A stretch of 64,000 nucleotides of DNA, taken from Mobula hypostoma (lineage: Eukaryota). The notes beneath the pieces were generated by a model that saw only the letters and a list, made by a program, of their open reading frames with translations, was not told the DNA's origin and ran no database searches. Shown piece by piece: positions 37,400 through 46,619 of this stretch. The DNA is taken from assembly GCF_963921235.1 (NCBI RefSeq), contig NC_086106.1, positions 27,156,001 through 27,220,000 on the forward strand. Reading direction: 5' to 3'. Numbering within the stretch: position 1 is the stretch's first letter; each line of letters opens with the position of its first letter. The translations under genes and the position numbers were made by a program.

Positions 37400-39114
37400 A
37401 AATCTCCAAGTTAAACAAAATTCCAACATATTTTGACACTTCTGTAACTCCACTGTCTGATTCTAAACTGTCCGCTGTACAGTTCCGGACATAATGACCC
37501 ATATGTCTAGACCTGAAGCAGCAGGTCTGAGCGCTGTACTGCCCCCGGCAACAACTTCCCTGATTGGACCAAGGCGCATTCCAGCGTTGCGTTACTTCTC
37601 TTCTACAATCTCTCTGATGGCTCTGTCTTGACCCGCATTTTCCCATACGATACCCCGAAGGGAAACGTCTTAGTTGCCTCTGGAGTATTAAGGTTAAAAT
37701 ACAGCTCCCGCACTTCAATTTCCCCATGCTCTGATCATTTTCCTGAGTACCCATGCCTCAATATATGTCGGGTCACTGGGATCACACAGTTCCAATCTGT
37801 ATTTAGATTCATCGGTGCTATGAGACACTAATATTTTTAACCACATATTTGTGGGTTCTGGCTCTAAATGAACGCGATCTAATGATGATCCATATACCCC
37901 TTAGAACACCAGCCACAGACCAGATGCAAATGCACCGGGGTGTTCTCCTTCCCTCTGATAACATCTAGGTCACTAATCTATTGGGTCCCCCGCTGTTATT
38001 ACCCATAATCGTCAGTATCGCTTTCTTTAATTCCTCATTTGTTCCCCTGCATGTCGCCATGTTTCTGGAAATGTGCAGTGTACGTTTGGATGCAAGCATC
38101 AATCTTCTTTGCTCGTGATCGTCTCGTCCATCTATTGCTTTCTGGTACCAAATCGCTTGGAACAGTTCCCTAAGATCATCCGCGGGCAGGTATGTCCCGA
38201 TATCTCTCAGCTGTTGTACTCCAAGCTGTATGTGATACTCTGGTTTTAATTTCCTGCCCCGGCTCCTTTCCCTCTGACAGAAAATAGGAGAGTCAACCGT
38301 GTCGTCATTTTGATTGTCCCCAGATGGAGCTCCTCATGGCAATATCTGGTCGCTTTATCTGCTAAAACATGTCAATCTATATCTCCATATTAATCCTCAT
38401 TCCCTCTTTCAGATCCAAAAGCACTTAAATTATTCATCTGTGCAGCAAGTTGGCTCTGCGGCGTTTGTATCTGTTGTATCATACTTTGTGTGATCTCTAG
38501 TCTTATTTCTCTTTCCGGAAATTAATTTCTGTATTACTATAGCTGCCTTTAAATCACTGCACTGTTTCTTTAATTCCTCCACCAGGGTCTTAGCTAAATT
38601 GGCAATTTCTTCCTGTTTCCTATTTTTTAAAGGGTTTAAAGTTCCAGTTTAATGTCAGTGAAATGTATACAATATACATCTTGAATTGCTTTTTCTACGC
38701 AAATTCCCGCGAAAACAGAGAAGTACCCCAAAGAATGAAAGCCAAAGGTCCCCCACAAGCTCACCTCCATCCCGCGCGTAAGCGGCAGCGAGCAAAAATC
38801 ACCCCTCCCAATTTCTTTAACTATTTTCACACATGAAATTGATTTATTCCCACCAAATCCATACATCTCTGCCCCTGTAAATCTATATCATTTCCCTTGA
38901 GGGTTTCTAACTCCGTTCGGAGCCTTCAGTTTTCGTCTTCTAACTTATCTGGCTCGGCATCAACATTTGCCGATATCCTTTCAAATCCTCATGAAGCCGG
39001 CCACTGCTACTGGCTTCAGTAGCTGTGTAAATGCCTTCTCTGACAATTTCCCTTTGGCAAATTTAAAAAGAGCTTTACAGCCTTTACCACTGATGAGTCC
39101 AGCATACTATCCAT
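37400..39114 (-). pseudogene. gag remnant: coiled coils, capsid-like region and a decayed CCHC knuckle
   Basis: MDSMLDSSVVKAVKLFL; DKLEDEN*RLRTELETLK; RKQEEIANLAKTLVEELKKQC; CYQREGEHPGAFASGLW; CFRSRHMGHYVRNC (CX2CX4HX4C with Cys2 to Ser). Many stops and frameshifts. Confidence 0.65.
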
Positions 39115-39339
39115 ATTGTGGTCATTTCCCCAGTACGCAGTACTGTAGGGTTCCCCTGCACTAAAAACAATCCTAGTCCTCCGGACTTGCTGAATTCCCT
39201 GAAATCTTCAACCTGGGTCTGCGCTAACAAACTACCTAGACCCAGACCTCTCTGTTTCTCATCCACGTGGTCCGAATCAATTCTCCCACCGCCTCAGCGG
39301 AAATATTTACACCCGAGACCACAACAAGACCGCCAGTTC

Positions 39340-39900
39340 TGTCACAAGAATCGCACTAATGATTAGACAGGCTCATAAAGATCTGTAATTACCGGTAAGT
39401 ACCTTTGCTGTCTAAATAATCAAGTACGTGAATTCATGCACTAATTGCCTTATGGGCACACCAACTAAGTCTTGATTTTCCATTGGCAGTCAAAACACAA
39501 GACAGCCATTGCCAGTTACAAAGGCGTTTCTGCTGCTGGCCACATGTTCCTCGTATTTCTCTTTCGAATATCCGCATGGCCGTAGGCACCTAAGGGCCAC
39601 CATAGTTGTTCTCATACTGAGTTACCGCTGCCAGCAAACTCGAAGTGTCTGTTTTTATATTCAGTTCTTTTCATTATCATTAGCTACAAATCTTGCGTCT
39701 GACCTTTAACATCTTTTTTATTGGCTCTGCTCCAGGCCAGCGTCCGTGTATTGCCGTCTTCCTGGCAAGTGCCAATTGGTCATTTATGGCTCTTGTTTTC
39801 AATCACCGCGAATCACACAACCAGATACAGTACAGTATTCAAAAACCTGCATGTTATATCCAATCAAAGAACGCCTCACAAATAACGTCTTATTTGTACA
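39340..39900 (-). mobile_element. Putative 5' LTR of the retrovirus-like element
   Basis: On the minus strand: CCAAT-like boxes, ATATAAAAAC about 39659-39650, possible GTGACA terminus at 39345-39340, upstream of gag. PBS not identified; limits uncertain. Confidence 0.45.
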
Positions 39901-40329
39901 TTATCTCAAGATCAGCCGTTCACCCGAGGCCTTATTGTTCATTCTTAAATCACTGATCAAGAAGCTTAAGCTCACAAAATGGAGAACGTATAAAGTTCCA
40001 CAAAATGGCAGCCTCAATCTCCAAACACATGGCAGGAACAGAGGCAGCTGGTCATTGATTCATTCGAATTTATCTATTCATAGGCTGTAATTTTCTGGCC
40101 AATATCTCCCTCCGCTTGATCCAAAAATATTTATCTTCGGGTCACTATTTCCTCTGTTCTATTGACTACATATCGGACTTGAATGAACCCCCAGCAGGTG
40201 TGCACCACTTTCATTATGAAAATGTAAGGGCACCATTTACTTACTGAATTGAAACATGGCAGGAAAAAAGACAACTGATCCATCTGTTTCCGCTACCCTT
40301 GATTAATTCGAATTTACCGATTCGCAGAC

Positions 40330-40880
40330 TGTAGCTCTTTCTGGTCAACAAAATTAAAAATAGCGCAGAAACATAAATGATATTTTAAAAATAAGGCAGT
40401 GTGCATGGGTATAATGTCAATGGCAGAGGGGAAAATAGCTGTTCCTGAATCGCCGAGTGTGTGGCTTCGGGCTTCTGTACTTTCTTCCTTGTGGTAACAA
40501 TGAGAAGAGGGCATGTCCTGGGAGATGAGGTCCTTAATGATGGACTCCACCTTTCTGAGACACTGCTTTTGAAGATATCTAAGATACTACGGAGGCTAAT
40601 ACTCAAGGTGGAGCTGACTAATTTTACAATCTTCTGTAGCCTCTTTTGATCCTGTGCTGTAGCTCCCCCACAGCCCCCACCCCCACATACCAGTCAGTCA
40701 TGCAGCCTCTCAGATTGCTCTCCAGGGTCCACCTGTGGAAGTTTTCGAATGTCTTACCTTACAAACCAAATCTTTTCAAACTCCTCATGAAATATAGTGG
40801 CTGCCTCGGTTTTATTGTAGCTGCATCGATATGTTGGGACCAGGTTTGATCCTCAGAAGTCTTGACACCCAGGAACTTCA
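40330..40880 (-). mobile_element. Rex1/Babar-like LINE 3' fragment
   Basis: Minus frames give MESIIKDLISQ...PSSHCYH...EARSHT...FPSAI and FLGV..SEDxTWSQHI, typical of this clade's RT C-terminus. Confidence 0.6.
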
Positions 40881-41629
40881 AATTTTTGTTTTAACGGTGA
40901 TTGAATCCCGGGACAAAATCTCCATATCATGACCAGCTTTGGGGTCATATTCATTTTTATGAAGGAGTATTTAAACATATCCTTCAAAGAGAGCGAGAGG
41001 ATTAGATACACAATTGCATTGACGATAGGAAGCTGAGGATGACGATGAAATGCTGTCTTCTGTTTCAACTGGAGCCCATGGGAGCCGGGCTGGAATTACG
41101 TTCTCTAGAGATAGATTCTAAACCTTCTGAAATATACAGATAGAGTTCTGTGCAAAAGTCGAAGGCACATGTATAACAATCTTAGGGAAAAGACTAGGAT
41201 GCCTTAAACTTTTGAACAATACTGTATTTGTCAACGTAGACTGGAGAGCAAGTTGTACATTAAGCGGGAAGAAAGGATGCTGGAGATAGCGAGAGTGGGG
41301 CGCCGCTGGGGGATGTGGGACAGATGGCAGGGAAGGAATGCCAGGAGCAAGGGGTGGCACGGGTGTACTATTTAATTCCAAACAATTGGTGTATTGATCA
41401 TTACAGAATGTCTCTCTGGAGCTTCCCGCTCCATCCCTTCTTCCTTCCGCTTTTCCCAACCATGGTTTCCCTCTCCTTGCCCCCTCCCCAATCTCAGTCC
41501 ACAATAGAGACCCATATCAGAATCAAGTTTCTCATCACTCACATATGACATGAAATTTGTTTTCTTTTCAGCAGCAGTACGGTGTAATATATGTGCAAGG
41601 GTCTTAGGCACCACAGCTATATATATGTG

Positions 41630-42191
41630 GAGGTATATGGGGTGTCAGGGAGGGGTAGCACCTCTGGTGGGGGGACATGTCGCGTCCTTTTCAGGGCGGT
41701 TAGTCCACCTTTGGTCCCCACCTGGCACTCAGCTCTCACCTGTGGCTCCACGTAGCTGTTTGCATGCGACAGCGGCCACACCCTGGGCAACGGCTTCGAC
41801 AAGCCGGCTAAACCAGGTGAGGGTAGCCGACGGGTCTCAAACCCTCGGTGAGATAGGGAGTTGCCTATCCCAGCATGTGAAGACAGACTCCGGCGGATTG
41901 AGCGGACGAGACATATGGAAGGTCCAACGGTCAAGAAGGCGGTCTCTGCAAGCGTCTTGGAACGTGTAGAGCAGGACAAGACACAGAAGATGTCCTGGTC
42001 ATCCACTGCGCCTAGTCCCATCTCCAGCCGTCTGGACTCTGTCTTGCCACTGGACCCAGATGGGAATTGTGAAGGGAGAGTGAGGCTGATGTTGCGCAAC
42101 TCTCCCTCACTTAAATCCAAATTCCGCGCTAATCTCTGAACCATCATTATGGTGTCGAGGTCCTCATCGAAGTCAACGATGGACGAACAAC
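41630..42191 (+). mobile_element. About 560-bp non-autonomous retroelement (RTE-like 5' UTR derivative) with TSD
   Basis: Flanked by ATATATATGTG at 41619-41629 and 42192-42202; ends in GAACAAC; no coding capacity. RTE affinity is inferred. Confidence 0.65.
41639..41821 (+). ncRNA. Candidate HDV-like self-cleaving ribozyme
   Basis: P1 GGGGUGU (41639-45) / ACACCCU (41778-84) with G1.U wobble; P2 CUCACCUG (41735-42) / CAGGUGAG (41814-21); P3 GGC/GCC; L3 starts UCCACGU; GGGCAAC after P1; P4 CGGCUU/AAGCCG; J4/2 GCUAA with candidate catalytic C41808. Confidence 0.68.
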
Positions 42192-42871
42192 ATATATATG
42201 TGTCTCAGACTTCAGCACTGTACTGAATATCAATGACGAATAATAATGTACAAGAAATTGCTAACAATATTGCAAATGATGCTGAAATACATTGTGGCAT
42301 GGTTAGTGAATCTGGTCTTTAGGAATGACAGCAGGGTTTTGATCATCTAGATAATTTTATCGAGGAATGAGAAATGGAGTTGCTTTCCGATGAATGCGAG
42401 ATGTTGGGTTATTACTGGAAGACTAAGCAGAGTACGGCCCTGGGAGTGTTGTAGAACAGAAGTAACCCGGGGATCAAGTACACAATTCCTTAAAAGTCAC
42501 GCATAGTCTGGGTGATAGCGAAGGCTTTGGCACACTGGTTTTCATCGGTCATGGAACACGGCGTTACATTGCTGTTCCACAAGATGATTAAATAAATATT
42601 TAGAAATTAGCAATAGAGAACATGCAGACGGTCGTCAGGGGGAGTTTCTTGAAAAGAAGGTCTTCAGTTTCAAAGAACAATGGAGATTTATTTTAGTGTA
42701 TTTACTGCCCTGAATGTTGACCTAACATAGGCCAATAAAGTTATGTCTAGCATGGACTTGGAAGGTTATCTTTCCCAAAACATTTTCCGCAGACAATGGA
42801 AACCAGAACTCGAGAACATGGACTTCAGTTGAGTCAACGTTAAATAAGAACATTGGCATCAGCTATTCGGC

Positions 42872-43075
42872 AGGTTGTTGTTGTTGCTGCTCCACATCTC
42901 GCCCTCTGACGGATCGGGCGACTTGTTGCCGTTTCCGTAGCACTTGACAGTTATTTTACGTGGCCAAAGTTGCCAGCTAGACGCTCAACCCTGTGCGGAT
43001 AGAACCGGCCGGATTCTAGCTCGGGAACATTTGCCTCGAAGTCCGGTGCTGATACCACTACACCACCGGCCAATG
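42872..43075 (-). mobile_element. tRNA-derived SINE with (AAC)n tail
   Basis: Reverse complement starts GGCCGGTGGTGTAGTGGTATCAGC (A box), has a B-box-like CTAGAATCC, and ends in an aacaacaacaac tail. Confidence 0.75.
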
Positions 43076-43563
43076 GCATGGATCTGGAAGATTATCTTTC
43101 CCAAGAATATGAGAGGTTATGATTGACTAAACTACTGGAGTAACTAAGAGTATAAGTGAATGCAGGTCCTTATTATAAAGGAATAGAGTTTGAATTCTGC
43201 TCGGATACCGAAGTACAAGAGGTTGGAGATGCATTGCATTGGTTCAGGTAGTCTTGTTATTCTAATTTCCACGACATGTCCGAACTCGCAAAGAACCTGG
43301 AAATTATGAACCTTTCAAACGTCAATTAAAATCTAAGTGTCGAGTTACATTGTTTCGTGGGTGCTCAGCTGGTGGTTGTGTAAATTGCGGTCGTAATAGT
43401 AAAACTGATTACTCAAAATAACACGATCTGAGCAGGTATTTGGAATAGAAATCCGTAGGGAGATGATCTCGTATTCCCAAATTGTATTTACTTGCAATAT
43501 AAGCATACATGTACCCAGACACCCAATTTGTATAACAGCAGAATACAATTTGTATGCATATAC

Positions 43564-43654
43564 ATGGTGATCACTCGACAGAAAATGACTTGGAGTTTGC
43601 ACCTGCTGTACGAATTCTACTATTTCCCAATTTTAGCAGCATTCGGAGTACCCG
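43564..43654 (+). CDS. GPR139-like GPCR exon 1 (MVITRQKMTWSLHLLYEFYYFPILAAFGVP)
   Basis: YYxPILAAxGVP TM1 motif; phase-1 donor GTAGGT at 43655 joins exon 2 in frame (G|TG=Val). Alternative ATG at 43585. Confidence 0.82.
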
Positions 43655-44559
43655 GTAGGTCAACGATAGGGTTGTAAGTTGGATCAGCCTGAAATGTCCA
43701 TGATGCTCCAGATACTCTGTGGGGCTTGCAAATAGACAAACAAAAGAATGACAAGTTAAATGTGGACATGCTGGACAGAATACTTGGAGTGGAAATTGTG
43801 CTGATCGGTTAGGACTGTAAGTTGGTAAGTGGAAATGGAAAGAAATCACCCCAAGTTCTTGGCATTGAGTTCAGTGGAATCTGGAATGAACTGCCTGAAA
43901 AGGAAGATGAGTCAGATTTCATTAGCTGAGGAAGAGCCAGGTGGTAGATAAAATTCAAAACGTGGAAGCGGGAGGAAGAGCCCGGTCTCCATTTAGAAGA
44001 TTTGGGGAGTAGAAAGTCATAGCGGACATCATTGAAAGAAAGTCCACCAGTACGTCCCAAATGATATTTGAAACTATTATTTTTGCGGAGACTACCAGGA
44101 CATGCCTTCCTGCCTTATTTTGAAGCGCTGAATGCACTTTGAGTCTGTAGCATTGTTAGTATTACAGCCTGATATTAACGGATTTCTGAGCCACATAAAT
44201 GCGGATGTGTTTTCCTTTGATAAGGGTGAATTCAGTGTTTTCATATCGCAGCAGAATAGTTTTGTTTAATTTTGATATGAATGAGAGTCATTTCAGCTAA
44301 TGAGGGGTTTCTATCCGGCTGCCAAGGGAACTCCCGCTGTTTTTTGACACATGTTTATGTATCACGTTGTAAATATTTGACGATTGCGAATTTTAAGGAA
44401 CAGAGCAGATTTGTGATGGCGGATCATTGGACATAAAATTCGAGCTTTTGCTACAGCGAATAGCAGCGTATGGAGTTTATAAGACAGATGGAGAGAGCGT
44501 CTGTTTGATTATGCACTGTCCACCGTATAGCGTCTGAACTCCAACGATCTTCTTACCGT

Positions 44560-44890
44560 CCCCTTTCCCTCTTCTTTTCCCCGCTCTGGCCTCTTACCTA
44601 TTCTCACCCGCCTATACCCTCACCCTTGGGTTCCCTCCTCTTTCCCTTTCTCCTGCTGTACACTCTCTTCTCCTATCAGGTTCCTACTTCTCCAGGCCGT
44701 TACCTTTCTTACCCGCCGGGCTTCACCCTTCACCTTCCAGCTATCCACCTTCCCCTCCCCCAAGCTTTTTATTCTGACTTCTTCCTCCTTCTTTTTCAGT
44801 TCTGAAGAATGCTCACGGCACGAAATGTCGTTTCATTTCAATAGATACTGCTAGACCTGCTGGGTTCCTCCTGCGTTTTGTGTGTGTTGC
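44560..44890 (+). mobile_element. Penelope terminal fragment in the GPCR intron
   Basis: Pyrimidine-rich tract, then degenerate cagttctgaagaa...cacgaaatgtcg and gatactgctagacctgctgggttcctcc. Confidence 0.6.
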
Positions 44891-45281
44891 TGTCTATTTA
44901 CAAGTTTGCTTTGATCAATTTGACGTTCTCCCCGAAGTTAAACACTGCTGTGAAACATTTCCTTGTTGATACCAGTGCGTTCCTTCTGCAGTTCGCAGCA
45001 GCTGTTCCTTTAAACACAGGTTTTCATCCTTCACACTTATTTACATTTTTGCACTTTTAAGACAGGAATTAAAATTGATTATTTTATACGCATGAAATAT
45101 GTGTGCTTGTGTGAAAGATCATGGACCAGAAACAAAGCAAGAGAAACAATTTTTTAAAATGCCAAATTGCAGTCGCAGCAATACGAATTAAATAAATAAA
45201 TCCCTTTCACTCTCAGTCACTTCAGTCCCAGCGCAACATTTCTCAGCCCAGTTCATTGTTTATTCTTTCATTTTCTCCCAG

Positions 45282-46171
45282 TGAACCTGTTGACGATTAT
45301 GACGCTGTTCCGTGGAAAGTCCGGTCTCTCCAGATGTATCACTCGTTACCTGGTGGCTATGGCGATGGCGGACCTCTCGGTGATTGTCTGCAAGGTGATT
45401 TTACACCAAATTGCTGCAACGTATTGGTCGTACTCTTTCTTGTTCTACACTCCCGTGTGTAAATTAATTCTCTTCCTGTCGACCGCGACTGTCGATTATT
45501 CTGTTTGGTTCACGGTTGCTTTCACGTTTGATCGATTTGTGGCCATTTCCACTCAGAAACTGGCAGCGAAATACTGCACCGACCAAACAGCGGCGGTTGT
45601 TCTTGTGACACTAAGTACGATCTTCTGTTTTAAAAACATCCCTTGGCCTTTTGCTTACGTTAGTTACTTCACTAACAAAAATATTTCGTGGGGTTGTCGT
45701 ATATTGCTGACATTTTATGTATATCCGGAATGGGTGGCATTTTCTTGGACAGACCAGCTGTTAACTCCAGTGATTCCGTTCTGTTTAATTGTATTTCTCA
45801 ATTCGCTGACCGTCCGGCGCATTTTGGTCGCTAACCAGGTGCGCAAAAGCCTCCGAGACTCCAGCAGCGAGGATCCCGAGATGGTGAACCGTAGGAGGTC
45901 TGTCATTTTGCTGCTCGCCATCTCCAGCAGTTTTATTCTACTCTGGGCCACTAGCGTTGCATATTTTGTTTACTACCGTGCGATAAGTGCTTTTCGACTC
46001 AGAGGTTTGATGAGTCGGTTTCCAATAATTGAACGTTCTGCGATTATGCTTCAGATGCTCAGCTGCTGCACAAACACGATCATTTACACCGCGACCCAGC
46101 GAAAGTTCAGAGAGGATCTGTTCTACGTGCTCAAATATCCCCTCACTCTAATTAAATCTTTAGTGAAATAA
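45282..46171 (+). CDS. GPR139-like class A GPCR exon 2; spliced product 326 aa
   Basis: Acceptor TTCTCCCAG at 45281; YLVAMAMADL, PVC, WFTVAFTFDRFVAI, LTPVIPF, SCCTNTIIY..TQRKFRE; seven hydrophobic segments; no stops. Family call only, not orthology. Confidence 0.92.
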
Positions 46172-46619
46172 AGTATATTTGTTTTTCAGAAGCATGATGA
46201 CAGAAATCCGTTCGATAGTGACGGTCAAAAGATTGGATGATAAATGAGTTTTGGATGTAAATGTTAAAATCAAAAAAGACTTCCTATTCCACAAGACCAC
46301 GAATTGGCGTAGTGATACACAAATGGTACTTGGCCCTAATTAAAGCCAACATATGCTGTTTCCCCATACGAAATGCTATCATTTAAAACCATTTGCGTTT
46401 TCTTATGATCGACACTTGAAATTGTGCAACATAAATATCCCTTTTAATCTCCAGTACTCATTTCCTATTTTGGGCGTAAGGCTGCGTGAGTGCGTGTCTG
46501 TGCGTGTGTGTCTGCTTGTCCGTGCGTGCGTGATGACGTCTTTTTCATGGATTTTACAAGGCGCGCCACGCCTCACTCAAACATTTTCGCAGTATTTTCC
46601 CTTTATTAGAAATAAAAGG

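Noticed and set aside
39440-39465. TGGTGTGCCC as the retroviral primer-binding site
   Set aside because: Does not match tRNA 3' ends I know and is not conserved in the related copy at about 200-230.
17017-43578. 12-mer GTGATCACTCGA shared by the IgM TM2 end and GPCR exon 1
   Set aside because: No flanking similarity; consistent with chance.
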